A DNA stretch of 64,000 nucleotides from Acidobacteriota bacterium (GTDB taxonomy: Bacteria; Acidobacteriota; Terriglobia; Acidiferrales; UBA7541), in the NCBI GenBank assembly GCA_013289585.1, contig JABCZR010000005.1, forward strand, positions 46,117 through 110,116. The letters are read 5' to 3'. The translations under genes were made by a program, and so were the position numbers. Under the pieces are notes generated by a model. The model was given only the letters and a program-made list of their open reading frames with translations, did not search any database and was not told the origin of the DNA. Shown here one piece after another: positions 27,284-37,755 of this stretch; the first letter of the stretch is position 1; every line of letters starts with the position of its first letter.

Positions 27284-29641
27284 ATGTTTTCGCTCCGAAT
27301 CTGTCGGCTCGTTCTCTTGCTTTCTGCACTGCTGTACACGCCGGTGTCCGCCCAAAGGAAGCCGCTCTTCACTTCGCCGCTGCCGACTGGTGTGAGTCTC
27401 GATCCCGCCGGCGAAGCGGTTGACCTCGGTAGCTTGCCGATCAATCTCGTACTCACGCCTGAAAAGGACGGAGCCGTGGTCGTGCTCAGCGGCTGGCGCG
27501 AGCAGGGCGTTCAGGTCGTCGATCTGAAGACGCGGAAAGTCACGCAGAAGCTGCTCCAGGATGGCGCATTCTACGGCGCCGCCTTCTCGCCCGATGGCCA
27601 TCACCTCTGTGTCTCCGGCGGCAACACGGACACAATCTTCGTCTACACATGGAAAGACGGCGCCGCCACTCTCGAGAACAAGTTCGAACTGGCGAAAACA
27701 AAAACGGCGGATGCCACCGGCACAAGCTATCCGGCGGGACTGGCGTTTTCGTCCAACGGAAAATTCCTTTATGTCGCCGAGGACGTCGGCGATCGGCTCG
27801 CAGTGGTGAACGCTGCGACCGGCGAGATCAAGCAACGGTTTTCTACAGACCATTATCCCTATGGCGTCGTGCTCACGGCGGAAGGTCAAGTGTTCGTTTC
27901 GGCTTGGGGCGGCAGCACGCTGTCGCAGTTCCGCGTTTTGGCAGACGGAACGCTCGCCTATCTCGGACGGATCGAGGTCGGTCCGCATCCGTCGGCGCTG
28001 GCGGTCAGTGGAACGAGTATGTACGTCACGCTCGCGGGTAGCGACCGTGTGGCCGTCGTCGACACGAAGCAGCGGAAGGTCGCGCGCTATCTGCACGATG
28101 CCGCGCCTGGTGCCCCGCCCGAGGGCAGCACACCCAACGCCGTCGCACTTACCTCCGATGGCAAGCGTCTGCTGATAGCAGAAGCCGACAACAACGCCGT
28201 CGCAGTCTTCGATGTGACTACCGGCAAGTTGCTCGGGCGCGTTCCGACCGACTGGTATCCCACTGCGATCGCCGAAGTAGGTGGCCAACTCCTCGCCCTC
28301 TCCGGGAAAGGACACGGCACCCAGGCCAACCCCGACGGCCCCGTACCGCTCACGAACTGGCCGAACGAGAAACCGACAGCATACGCACTCGGACAGTTGA
28401 ATGGCACACTGCGCGTGCTCTCCGCTTCACTCCCGCCGCCGCTACTGGCTAGCTTCACCGAGCGCGTCGTCGCCGCTAATAACTGGCAGCATAAGCCCGC
28501 GGCGCGGCGTTATCCGCCGTTCCGCCACGTCGTCTACATCATCAAAGAGAATCGCACCTATGATCAGGTACTCGGAGACATGAAAGAAGGCGACGGTGAC
28601 GCGAGCCTCGTCTATTTCCCCGACATCACCATCACCCCAAATCACCACGCGCTCGCGCGGCGCTTCGGCCTGTTCGATCGTTTTTTCGTGAATGCCGAGG
28701 TCAGTTCGCAAGGACACATCTGGTCCACCGCCGCTTACGTCACGAACTACGGTGAGAAGATGGTGCCCTCCGGTTACGCAGGCAAGCGGGCCGACATGGA
28801 TGGCGAAGAGAGCGACGAGCCGGAACGCGGCTTCCTCTGGACACTCGCAATCCGAGAGGGCATCACTTTCCGCGACTACGGCGAAATGGTCAAGGGGAAT
28901 CCCGGCTGGCCGGTGACGCAACGCGGCTTGGGCGCCGACGTGAATCCTGACTACGTCCCGATGGATTTCGTTACGCAGGATCAAAAGCGCGCTGATGTTT
29001 GGATCGCCGAACTCCAGCGCTACGTTCACGACGGCAACATGCCACAGCTCGAAATCATGTGGCTGCCGATGGACCACCTTGCCGCCGGGCGTCCGGGCAA
29101 ATGCGCGCCGCGCGCGTGCATGGCCGACAACGACCTCGCACTTGGGCGGATCGTGCAGGCGCTCTCGCATAGCCCGTATTGGAAGGACACGGTGATCTTC
29201 GTCGTTGAAGACGACGCGCAGGCGGGGCCCGACCACACCGATTCTCACCGCGCGCCGTTCTATGCCATCTCGGCCTACAACCGGTCGGGCACGGTGCATC
29301 GCTTCATCAACACGACGGACGTGATCGCGGCGATCGAGGACATCCTCGGCATGGGTCGGCTCTCCAAGTTCGATTACTTCAGCCGATCCCTGGTGGACAT
29401 CTTCGCACCGGCGCCCGACCTGACGCCTTACGATCCAATCATTCCCACGCAAGACTTGAATGAAAAAAATCCGCAGAATACTGCAGCCGCACGCTTGTCG
29501 GAGAGTCTGGATCTCAGCGCTCCCGATCGCGTGGACGATCAGCTCTATAACCGCATTCTGTGGCTGATGTTGAAGGGTGATGTTCCGCCACCGGTTGCAC
29601 AGAGCCGCGCGGCTCTGCATGCACTGCAATCGAGCAAATGA
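27284..29641 (+). CDS. Secreted YVTN/YncE beta-propeller fused to a phosphoesterase/alkaline-phosphatase-like domain
   Basis: Propeller repeats (GPHPS, GSTPNAVAL, TDWYPT); HVVYIIKENRTYDQVLGD, EDDAQAGPDH. ATG at 27284 precedes a signal peptide. Confidence 0.85.
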   Translation: MFSLRICRLVLLLSALLYTPVSAQRKPLFTSPLPTGVSLDPAGEAVDLGSLPINLVLTPEKDGAVVVLSGWREQGVQVVDLKTRKVTQKLLQDGAFYGAAFSPDGHHLCVSGGNTDTIFVYTWKDGAATLENKFELAKTKTADATGTSYPAGLAFSSNGKFLYVAEDVGDRLAVVNAATGEIKQRFSTDHYPYGVVLTAEGQVFVSAWGGSTLSQFRVLADGTLAYLGRIEVGPHPSALAVSGTSMYVTLAGSDRVAVVDTKQRKVARYLHDAAPGAPPEGSTPNAVALTSDGKRLLIAEADNNAVAVFDVTTGKLLGRVPTDWYPTAIAEVGGQLLALSGKGHGTQANPDGPVPLTNWPNEKPTAYALGQLNGTLRVLSASLPPPLLASFTERVVAANNWQHKPAARRYPPFRHVVYIIKENRTYDQVLGDMKEGDGDASLVYFPDITITPNHHALARRFGLFDRFFVNAEVSSQGHIWSTAAYVTNYGEKMVPSGYAGKRADMDGEESDEPERGFLWTLAIREGITFRDYGEMVKGNPGWPVTQRGLGADVNPDYVPMDFVTQDQKRADVWIAELQRYVHDGNMPQLEIMWLPMDHLAAGRPGKCAPRACMADNDLALGRIVQALSHSPYWKDTVIFVVEDDAQAGPDHTDSHRAPFYAISAYNRSGTVHRFINTTDVIAAIEDILGMGRLSKFDYFSRSLVDIFAPAPDLTPYDPIIPTQDLNEKNPQNTAAARLSESLDLSAPDRVDDQLYNRILWLMLKGDVPPPVAQSRAALHALQSSK

Positions 29642-29809
29642 TGATGAACCCGCGCATCTTATGGGCAAATATTCACTCGATAAGCCAGGTTGGAGAGAAC
29701 GCGTTGCTCGGCGGCCAGAGAACACTGCCCCGGTTCCTCTCTCCGATTAATATCGGGAAACGCGCCAGCTGTGACCAACCATTTGCCTTGACATGTAATT
29801 CGGCTCTGC

Positions 29810-29824
29810 CATAGTCTGACTATG
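29810..29824. promoter_or_regulatory. Perfect 7-1-7 palindrome over the -10 of the padR promoter (probable PadR operator)
   Basis: CATAGTC-T-GACTATG; TTGACA at 29788-29793 and TAGTCT at 29812-29817. Confidence 0.6.
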
Positions 29825-29838
29825 TCAGAGGTGATGCC

Positions 29839-30168
29839 TTGCATCGAAACGAAATTCCTCCGGGAACGCTCTATCTGCTGATTTTGAGAACGTTGGCGCG
29901 CTCCGGCGAAATGCATGGGTATGAGATTGCCAATTCCATTCAGCGGATATCGGATGACGTTCTGCAAGTCGAAGAAGGCTCGTTGTACCCCGCGTTGCAG
30001 CGGATGCTCATCAAGGGATGGGTGACCGCGGAGTGGGGCACGACGGCTGGCAACCGCCGCGCTCGTTACTACAAGCTGACTGCAGCAGGCCGCAAACAAT
30101 TGACCGTCGAGATGTCGCAGTTCGAACGCGTCATTGGCGCGATCACGCGTGTGATCGAGGCTGTCTGA
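29839..30168 (+). CDS. PadR family regulator (acidobacterial type)
   Basis: [26 protein letters not shown] and [10 protein letters not shown]. Confidence 0.9.
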   Translation: MHRNEIPPGTLYLLILRTLARSGEMHGYEIANSIQRISDDVLQVEEGSLYPALQRMLIKGWVTAEWGTTAGNRRARYYKLTAAGRKQLTVEMSQFERVIGAITRVIEAV

Positions 30169-30181
30169 AAGGAACTCCTTT

Positions 30182-32806
30182 ATGGACTGGCTGCGCGAAT
30201 TGGCAAGACGCCTCAGCATGCTGATGCATCGCCGACAATTTGATGCCGACCTCGAAGAGGAAGTGCGCCTGCATTTGGAATTGCGGCAAGAGGAACAGTT
30301 CGAGTCCGGCATGACTGCAAACGAGGCTCGGGCCGCTGCTCGGCGCCGGTTTGGCAACGCAACGTACCTGAAGGAAGAAAGCCGCATCGCGTGGGGCTGG
30401 GAATGGTTCGAGAACTTGGCGCAGGATGTTCGTTACGGCGCGCGCATGTTGCGCAAGTCCCCAGGCTTCACGGCTGTCACCATCCTCACACTCGCTCTCG
30501 GCATCGGCGCAAACACCGCGATATTCAGTGTGATCAATGGAGTGTTGCTCACTCCGCTTCCCTACAAGGATCCGAAGCAACTCGTCGTCATCAAGGAACA
30601 CGATTCGCTCCCGAACGTGATGGATATCCAGAGACAGACGCGCGCATTCTCACAGGGCGGCGGAATCAACGTCGAGAAGATGGACTACATAGGCGCAACC
30701 GAACCTGTGCAAGTCCGTGTCGGGCTCATCGATGCGGGGTTTCTCGAAACGCTAGGCGTGCAGCCGATGCTGGGTCGGATCATTTCACCCGGGGAAGATG
30801 TGCAAGGCGGGCCGCGTTTCGCCATGGTCAGCAATCATTTCTGGCAAGACTACCTTGGCAGCGATCCATATGCGGTGGGCAACACGATTCAGCTGGGCGG
30901 AAACTCTTATACGGTGATCGGCGTAATGCCCGCGAGTTTTGCTCTGCCAGCGGAGCATGCCGACGTTTTCGTTTCACTCATGGTCCGCGACCCGGGGGCG
31001 GGTGCGGAGCGCGATCTGCACTTCATGCATACCTACTGGCGATTGAAAGCGGGCGTCACGCTCGCACAGGCGCAGGCCGATATGGCCGCGATCGACCGCC
31101 GGCTCGCGGAGCAGTATCCGGCCGAAGAAAAAGAACGGAAGAGCCAATTAGTTCCGCTGCAGGAATGGCTCGTAGGAGACGTGCGGTCGGCATTGCTGGT
31201 GCTCTTCGGAGCTGTAGGCCTCGTGCTGCTGATTGCGTGCGCGAATTTCGCGAGCTTGCTGATGGTGCGCGCGTTTGCGGGGCACCAGGAATTGGTGATC
31301 CGGGCGGCGCTGGGCGCGGGACGCGGCCGGCTGATCCGGAAAACGCTGACTGAGAGCGTACTGTTGTCGGTCCTCGGCGGTGCGACCGGCTTGCTGTTGG
31401 CGCAGTTGGGTACGAGCGTGCTCCTGGCCATGAGGCCGGAGAATCTGGCGCGGCTGAGCGGGATTCACATGGATGCACGAGTGCTGCTGTTCGCCCTCGT
31501 GGTCTCGTTGCTGACCGGCATCGCCTTCGGAATGGCGCCGGTATGGATCTCGGCTGGCCCGGACGTTGCCCAAGCCCTGAAAGAGAGCGGGCGGAGCACA
31601 ACGGCGAGCACGATGGGGCATACCGTGCGGCAAGTTCTGGTCACATCCGAGCTGGCCCTTGCTTTGGTGCTGCTCGTCGGTGCCGGCTTGTTGATCAAAG
31701 GCTTCTCACGCCTGCGCTCGGTCAACCCCGGTTTCAATTCTTCGGGCGTAATAACGATGTATCTCCAATTGCCTGAGACGCGGTACGGAGAAATCCCTAA
31801 ACAAACCCAGTTCCGCCGCGAGTTGCTCACGCGCTTGGATACTGTGCCGGGCGTGCAAGTGGCGATGGTGAGTGACATACCCCTCGGCGGCAATTATGTA
31901 GGCCACCGTTTGGTCATCGACGGACGCCCGCCGGTCGCGGTGGGAGGTGAGCCGCTAGTGCAAACCCTTTCCGTGATGGGCGATTACTTCCACGTGATGC
32001 AGATTCCGCTGCGCGCAGGTCGCAAGTTCACCCCGTTGGACCGCGAAGGGCAGCCACTCGTCGCCATTGTGAACGAAGAAATCGTGCGGGAATTCTTCCC
32101 GCATAAAGACCCAATCGGCGTGCGCATCTGCTGGGCGGGCGACGTAGGACCGCCGCGATGGATGACCGTCATCGGCGTGATGGCCGACGTGAAACACTCA
32201 GGATTGAATCAACCGACGGATCCCGCTGTGTATACCCCTTTTTCGCAGAACGACGAGCGCTGGAGACGATTTATGACGCTCGCCATCCGGGCTCGGGATG
32301 CGTCTCCTGGGCTCGTTGCAGAAGTGAAGAAGCAGATCTGGAGCTTGGACGCGCAGATTCCGGTGGACGACGTGCGCCCTATGGACGAGCTCATAGCGGT
32401 GTCGGTTGCCCAGCAACGTTTCAACATGTTGCTCCTCGGACTGTTCGCGGCGCTCGCGTTGATCTTGGCTGCGGTGGGAATTTACGGCGCGATGGCTTAT
32501 GCCGCGAACCAGCGAACGCATGAGATCGGCATACGGACAGCGCTGGGGGCGCAGCGACGCGACGTGCTGCGCCTCGTTATGAGAGATGGAGCGAAAATCG
32601 CGCTCTTCGGCATCGCCTCCGGGATTGCAGGAGCGCTGGCGCTGACTCGCCTGATGGCCAGTCTGCTTTTCGAGGTGAAACCGACGGACCCCGCGACATT
32701 CGCGGGTGTCGCAATCCTGCTCGCTTTCGTTGTACTCGCGGCTTGCTACCTCCCGGCGCGCCGCGCAATGCGCGTGGATCCTATGGTCGCCTTGAGATAC
32801 GAGTAG
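30182..32806 (+). CDS. Duplicated orphan ABC permease (ADOP, two MacB/FtsX halves)
   Basis: [62 protein letters not shown] and [10 protein letters not shown]. Confidence 0.92.
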   Translation: MDWLRELARRLSMLMHRRQFDADLEEEVRLHLELRQEEQFESGMTANEARAAARRRFGNATYLKEESRIAWGWEWFENLAQDVRYGARMLRKSPGFTAVTILTLALGIGANTAIFSVINGVLLTPLPYKDPKQLVVIKEHDSLPNVMDIQRQTRAFSQGGGINVEKMDYIGATEPVQVRVGLIDAGFLETLGVQPMLGRIISPGEDVQGGPRFAMVSNHFWQDYLGSDPYAVGNTIQLGGNSYTVIGVMPASFALPAEHADVFVSLMVRDPGAGAERDLHFMHTYWRLKAGVTLAQAQADMAAIDRRLAEQYPAEEKERKSQLVPLQEWLVGDVRSALLVLFGAVGLVLLIACANFASLLMVRAFAGHQELVIRAALGAGRGRLIRKTLTESVLLSVLGGATGLLLAQLGTSVLLAMRPENLARLSGIHMDARVLLFALVVSLLTGIAFGMAPVWISAGPDVAQALKESGRSTTASTMGHTVRQVLVTSELALALVLLVGAGLLIKGFSRLRSVNPGFNSSGVITMYLQLPETRYGEIPKQTQFRRELLTRLDTVPGVQVAMVSDIPLGGNYVGHRLVIDGRPPVAVGGEPLVQTLSVMGDYFHVMQIPLRAGRKFTPLDREGQPLVAIVNEEIVREFFPHKDPIGVRICWAGDVGPPRWMTVIGVMADVKHSGLNQPTDPAVYTPFSQNDERWRRFMTLAIRARDASPGLVAEVKKQIWSLDAQIPVDDVRPMDELIAVSVAQQRFNMLLLGLFAALALILAAVGIYGAMAYAANQRTHEIGIRTALGAQRRDVLRLVMRDGAKIALFGIASGIAGALALTRLMASLLFEVKPTDPATFAGVAILLAFVVLAACYLPARRAMRVDPMVALRYE

Positions 32807-33191
32807 TCCTTCGCGCAAGTGACCGCCAACCCTTCCTTAGAACAAGCTCGCATAAACGTGTAGGACTTCTGAAGCCCTCAGCCGCACGCATGTACACGCA
32901 CAGTCCGCAAGTTTTATTTGTGGACATTACTGCCGACTGTTCCCGAGTGACGAGCAAACCGGAAGTAATGCCTCCGGGTTGGCACATTGCTCCCGATAAA
33001 CGCGCTTGTATTGATTAATCGGGGCAAATTGCCTGCTGGCCGGCCACTCGGGAACTAAGCCGGTGCCTTGCAGCTACAGCGTGGAATTCCATCACGCGGC
33101 CGGGCGGATAAGTCTTCCAAGTCTGAGCCGTGGATCCCACCTTTCCCCTTCTTCTGAGGCCGACCCTTTCATCATGCAACAACCGTGCGGG

Positions 33192-33241
33192 GTGCGCTTG
33201 TACTGGACGATGAGCCAGTCATAGAATAATGACTAGCGGCG
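33192..33241. repeat. Repeat A (50 bp); contains a sigma70-like promoter and a 9-6-9 imperfect palindrome
   Basis: 48/50 identical to 24779-24828; TTGTAC-N18-TAGAAT; GCCAGTCAT-AGAATA-ATGACTAGC. Confidence 0.88.
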
Positions 33242-33344
33242 GCAGGTCATCCATCGTGGGGCCCTTCTTTCCGCGGCCGCAAACTTTCGTACACGTTTTG
33301 CGTATTCCTATTCGAAAGGACTTTTTCGTCCCCAAAGGGCCCTT

Positions 33345-34709
33345 ATGAATCTTGCTGAGCTTATCGAAAGTCGCCGCGACCAACATCTGGCGGAGCTGTG
33401 CGAGTTTCTGCGCATTCCCAGTGTCAGCGCCAAGAGCGAACACAAACCGGATATCGAGCGCGGTGCACGCTGGGTGGCTGACAACATCCGCGCTGCGGGG
33501 TTTAAGACGGTTGAAATCGTTCCCACGAACCTGCACCCGCTGGTGTACGCGGAATCTCTCGAAGCCCCCGGTAAACCGACGATTCTTTTTTACGGGCACT
33601 ATGACGTGCAGCCCGCCGAGCCGCTCGAATTGTGGACTTCTCCGGCCTTCGAACCCACCGTACGCGACGGAAATCTTTTTGGCCGCGGCACCGCAGACGA
33701 CAAAGGCCAGGTTCACATCCATTTGAAGGCGCTCGAATCCCTCCAAAAAGTGAACGGCAAACTTCCCATCAACGTTAAGATTTTGATCGAAGGGGAGGAA
33801 GAAGTCGGCAGCGTCAGCCTCTGGGACTACGTCCAGAAAAACAAGGAAAAACTCAAAGCCGATGCCTTGGTGGTTTCCGATACTTCCATGCTCGGCAAGG
33901 GCGTGCCCTCCATCACTTATGGATTGCGCGGTCTGAACTATTATCAGATTGAGCTGACCGGTCCGGCGCGCGATCTGCACTCCGGTGTTTACGGGGGCGC
34001 GGTGCCGAATCCGCTTACGATTCTGACGGAGCTCTTCGCCAAACTTCACGACAAGCATTTTCGCGTCAACGTGCCCGGTTTTTATGATCAGGTGGCGAAC
34101 GTTTCGAAAGCCGAGCGCAAATCGCTGAACGCGCTGCCCTGGAGGAAAAAAGATTTTGAAAAGGCCGTGGGCGCGCCAGGATACTTTGGAGAAAAGGGTT
34201 TTACCATTGTCGAGCGGCTATGGACGCGGCCAACGCTCGAATTGAACGGTATCTGGGGCGGCTACCAGGGCGAAGGGGCGAAGACCGTCATCCCTGCGAA
34301 AGCCTATGCGAAATTTTCGACGCGCCTTGTTCCCAATCAAGACCCGCACAAGATCGCCAGGCTCGTCGAAAAACACGTTCGAAAGCTGCTGCCGAAAACA
34401 GTTCACTGCAAATTTGATGTTTTGAGCATGGGCAAACCGTGGGTGGCTCCGTTCCACGCGCCGATTTTTCTGAAAGCCCAATCCGCGCTCGAAAAAGGCT
34501 TCGGCAAAAAAGCTTCGTTCATTCGCGAGGGTGGCTCCATTCCTTTTGTCACCCAGATGCATGACACTTTCAAAGTGCCGTGCGTGTTGATCGGTTTCGG
34601 TCTGCCCGACGAAAACGCGCACGCTCCCGATGAGCATATCGCGCTGGAAAATTACTTCGGCGGCATCAAGGCCATCGCGCACTTCTACGCCGATCTGGCC
34701 AGTCTCTGA
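33345..34709 (+). CDS. M20/M25/M40 family dipeptidase
   Basis: YGHYDVQP, GRGTADDKGQ, EGEEEVGS, DLHSG, REGGSIP and HAPDE. Confidence 0.92.
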   Translation: MNLAELIESRRDQHLAELCEFLRIPSVSAKSEHKPDIERGARWVADNIRAAGFKTVEIVPTNLHPLVYAESLEAPGKPTILFYGHYDVQPAEPLELWTSPAFEPTVRDGNLFGRGTADDKGQVHIHLKALESLQKVNGKLPINVKILIEGEEEVGSVSLWDYVQKNKEKLKADALVVSDTSMLGKGVPSITYGLRGLNYYQIELTGPARDLHSGVYGGAVPNPLTILTELFAKLHDKHFRVNVPGFYDQVANVSKAERKSLNALPWRKKDFEKAVGAPGYFGEKGFTIVERLWTRPTLELNGIWGGYQGEGAKTVIPAKAYAKFSTRLVPNQDPHKIARLVEKHVRKLLPKTVHCKFDVLSMGKPWVAPFHAPIFLKAQSALEKGFGKKASFIREGGSIPFVTQMHDTFKVPCVLIGFGLPDENAHAPDEHIALENYFGGIKAIAHFYADLASL

Positions 34710-34865
34710 GCAGATTGTCGTTCTAGGTGCGAGCTCTGGGGACCAGCGCGTTCGAATCGCACGGCGCTTCGCTGAGCGGCCTTCGTTCGAACCGCAATTT
34801 CAGCGGCGATTTCCACACGCCTCCAAAAAAAGCCGCATTTTTCCAGCCTTTTTTGCGATTTTTAC

Positions 34866-34894
34866 TTGCGTTCTCCTTTTTCCTTGGCTATAGT
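34866..34894 (+). promoter_or_regulatory. Sigma70-like promoter of the HU gene
   Basis: TTGCGT-N17-TATAGT, about 105 bp upstream of the ATG. Confidence 0.55.
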
Positions 34895-34999
34895 CGGTGA
34901 CGGCCCGGGTTTTTCGCAGCAAAACATGGGGAAGTGGACTCGCGGCCTGCTTCGATCTTATCGGAGTGGAAAGACAAATCAGGAGGATAAGCAGACTAG

Positions 35000-35293
35000 A
35001 TGGCAGCCAAGCCAATGAGCAAGACCAAGACCGTGTCGCACATCGCCGAGAAACTCGGCACACCGAAGAAAACCGCCGCACTCTTCTTTGAAGAGCTCTT
35101 CAAGCTCGCAGTGAAGGAAGCCAAGGGCGCTGCGGGCAAGTTCGTAATCCCGGGCATCGGCCGCGTCGTCAAGGCGCACCGCAAGGCGCGCATGGGCCGC
35201 AATCCGCAGACCGGCGAAGCGATCAAGATCAAGGCGAAGACCGTAGTCCGTCTGCGTCCGTCGAAGGCGTTCAAGGATGCAGTACTGAAGTAG
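35000..35293 (+). CDS. hup: HU family DNA-binding protein
   Basis: FVIPGIG and RKARMGRNPQTGEAIKIKAKTVVRLRPSKAFKDAV; strong RBS. Confidence 0.93.
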   Translation: MAAKPMSKTKTVSHIAEKLGTPKKTAALFFEELFKLAVKEAKGAAGKFVIPGIGRVVKAHRKARMGRNPQTGEAIKIKAKTVVRLRPSKAFKDAVLK

Positions 35294-35318
35294 TCGTAGA
35301 TTTACGATTTGCTTTTTG

Positions 35319-35362
35319 GCCCCTGGCAGGCTGAGTGATCAGACTGTCGGGGGCTTTTCTCT
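35319..35362 (+). terminator. Intrinsic terminator after the HU gene
   Basis: GCCCCTGGCAG...CTGTCGGGGGC stem followed by TTTTCTCTT. Confidence 0.7.
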
Positions 35363-35374
35363 TCTACGGCGCCT

Positions 35375-35752
35375 TTATAGCGTCTTGACGTACGCGACGA
35401 CGTCCTTAATTTGTTGAGGCTCGAGGGTTTCCTTCATTCCGGGCATGAGGGAGTCGCCGTTTTCAATCCACGTGGTGAGGGCTTCCGTCGTCACTTTGTT
35501 CCCGTTCACGGTGAACGTGCCGCGCTTGGAAATGCCTTTCAGGCCGGGACCGATTTTCTTGGTGTCTTTATCCGCGTAATGGCAGATGGCGCATTTCTGG
35601 TCGAAGACGGCTTTGCCATTTTCCGCGGATGCCGCGGAGGTTTTGTGGCTCGTCGCTTTCGGCGCGCTGGTTTTTGCCGGCGGATCCTGAGCGAGCACGG
35701 CTCCGGCGACAGCGAGAGTTGCCATCCCAAGAATCAGATAATTCCGTTTCAC
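35375..35752 (-). CDS. Monoheme cytochrome c
   Basis: Signal peptide; CAICH, KIGPGLKG and MPG. GTG start after GAGGGG chosen. Confidence 0.85.
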   Translation of the reverse strand: MKRNYLILGMATLAVAGAVLAQDPPAKTSAPKATSHKTSAASAENGKAVFDQKCAICHYADKDTKKIGPGLKGISKRGTFTVNGNKVTTEALTTWIENGDSLMPGMKETLEPQQIKDVVAYVKTL

Positions 35753-35922
35753 GATACCCCCTCGTTTTTGCGAGCGATCAGTCTCCCTAACACTTCCATT
35801 CTCTTCGTTTGGTGACTGTATTTCTACTCTAATACCCGGCACAAAGTACAGGTTCATGTGATGCACGGCCCGGCCGTTCGTACTTTTGACCCGGGCAAAA
35901 ACGTGTGCTAACTATCTTAATT

Positions 35923-36405
35923 ATGAGCATGGAGACCCTCACGCGGGCGTGGGAAGTGCTTCAGGACGCGTACCAGGCGCAGATGGAAGGCGACTACGAT
36001 CGCGCCGTCGAGCTATATCAGTCTTCCTTGGAGTTGCACCCCACGGCTGAAGCTCACACTTTCCTGGGCTGGACGTATCATTTTCAAGGCCGCATTGACG
36101 ATGCGATCGCCGAATGCAAGCGGGCCATCGAGCTCGATCCGGAATTTGGCAATCCTTACAACGATATTGGCGCGTACCTGATCGAGCAGAATCGCTTCGA
36201 TGAAGCGATTCCGTGGCTGGAGCGCGCGGTCGAAGCGCGGCGCTACGAGCCGCGCCACTTTCCGCATTACAACCTGGGACGTGCGTACCTGGGCAAGGAA
36301 ATGTACGCCAACGCGATGCGCAGCTTCCAGGAAGCGCTGGAAATCGAGCCGCGCTATTCGCTGGCGCGGCAGGCGCTGGCATCGCTTCGCCGCCTCGTAA
36401 ATTGA
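35923..36405 (+). CDS. Tetratricopeptide repeat protein
   Basis: AEAHTFLGWTY, GNPYNDIGAYL and PHYNLGRAY. Confidence 0.88.
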   Translation: MSMETLTRAWEVLQDAYQAQMEGDYDRAVELYQSSLELHPTAEAHTFLGWTYHFQGRIDDAIAECKRAIELDPEFGNPYNDIGAYLIEQNRFDEAIPWLERAVEARRYEPRHFPHYNLGRAYLGKEMYANAMRSFQEALEIEPRYSLARQALASLRRLVN

Positions 36406-36471
36406 ACAAGTGACTGGCGAAAAGCACCTGGCACAATCTCGAACGCGCGCGCATTTTCTGAAACACGTCCT

Positions 36472-37755
36472 TCATTCCGCCGATCCTGCAGTTTTTTCCT
36501 CTCCTGGCTTAATGATTCGGTCATAGATCCACAATAAGAGCGCGGTCAGGATGCCAACACCGGAAATGACCCACCAGGCGCGCTGTGGCTGGTGCAGGAC
36601 TTCGCCGAACTGGTGCATGACACGGCCGCCGAACCATCCGCCGATGAGCGAGCCGATGCCAATGGGGAGAAATGCAAATCCCATATAGGTGCCTTGTTGT
36701 CCGGCAGGCGCGAGGCGCGAAATATATTCATAGTAGCGCGGCGCCTGAATCATTTCGCCGAGAGCGAGGACGAGGATGGAGACAACCGCACCTGGGACCG
36801 TGGGCCAAAAGGAAACAATAAACCAGGAAAGAGCCGTGACGAGAGTGCCGAGAATAACGGCTTGAAACGCCGGGAGTTTGCGGATGAGGTAGTTAATGAT
36901 GAGGGTGAGGCAGATAACGGCGAGCGGCGCGGTAATCAAGATGAGCTCGACGTCGGCGCCGGGGCTGATGTAGTTGTGAATGTAACCGGGTAGCGAGATG
37001 AACTGCTGCCAGTAGACGACCCAATAGCCGGTGAAGATCAAGAGAAAAAGTATGAAGCGCGCGTTGGCGAGCACGGTGAAGAAATTCTTCAGCATGGCCG
37101 CCATGCTGGGCGCGGGTTCGCCGGTTTGACGCTTGGGCTCCTTGAAAAACAGGAGCACCACGAAGAACATCGCGAAGACGCTCAGTGCCGAAACACGAAA
37201 GACTTTTTCGACACCGAGATGGCGGTGGGCCCAGGAAGCAATGAACGGGCCAGCGGTGCCGCCGATGTTCACCATGGTGTAGTAGATGGAATAGCCGATG
37301 GAGCGGACGTTTTCCCTGGAGGCGCGGGCGGTGGTACCGACGACGGACGGTTTGACAAGGGCGACGCCGAGGGCGGGAAGCATCAAAATGCAGCCGACAA
37401 AGAGACCGAGCGGAATGGCATTGCGAACGGGCGCAAGCCAGGAAGCTCCAATCGAGCCAATCAGGAAATAGGCCGCAGCGAGGATCAGGTAAGCAAGCGA
37501 GAGGGCACGGCGAAAGCCGAGACGGTCGGCCGCGGCTCCGCCGAAAATCGCGAGGAACCACACCATGCCGCCGAAGATACCGGTGAGCGTGCCGGTCTGC
37601 TGAGTGGAGAAATTGAGCTTTTCCTGGAGGTAGAGGGCTAAGGAGGCGAAAGCGCCATAATAAGCGAGGCGCTCAAAGATCTCCGTGATGTTGGCGACCC
37701 AGAAAGGGCGCTCGAAGCCTTCGCGGATTTCCTGGAGCCGATTGCTAAAGCTCAT
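36472..37755 (-). CDS. MFS transporter (POT/peptide-transporter-like)
   Basis: EIFERLAYYG, GYSIYYTMVNIGG, GEMIQAPR and YMGFAFLP. Confidence 0.88.
   Translation of the reverse strand: MSFSNRLQEIREGFERPFWVANITEIFERLAYYGAFASLALYLQEKLNFSTQQTGTLTGIFGGMVWFLAIFGGAAADRLGFRRALSLAYLILAAAYFLIGSIGASWLAPVRNAIPLGLFVGCILMLPALGVALVKPSVVGTTARASRENVRSIGYSIYYTMVNIGGTAGPFIASWAHRHLGVEKVFRVSALSVFAMFFVVLLFFKEPKRQTGEPAPSMAAMLKNFFTVLANARFILFLLIFTGYWVVYWQQFISLPGYIHNYISPGADVELILITAPLAVICLTLIINYLIRKLPAFQAVILGTLVTALSWFIVSFWPTVPGAVVSILVLALGEMIQAPRYYEYISRLAPAGQQGTYMGFAFLPIGIGSLIGGWFGGRVMHQFGEVLHQPQRAWWVISGVGILTALLLWIYDRIIKPGEEKTAGSAE

Noticed and set aside
29743-33022. Possible inverted ends around padR-ADOP (CCGATTAATATCGGGA versus TCCCGATA...TTAATCGG)
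   Set aside because: Only two 8-bp pieces match, separated by a 16-bp gap; too weak to call terminal repeats.
20919-33241. CRISPR array or integron interpretation of repeats A and B
   Set aside because: Only two copies of each, kilobases apart; no spacers, cas genes, intI or attC-like RYYYAAC...GTTRRRY structure.
33219-34058. Long antisense ORFs (also 24850-25584, 27248-28315, 45115-46185, 46985-47989, 57692-58654)
   Set aside because: Shadow frames opposite well-supported genes, expected at high GC; no family motifs.
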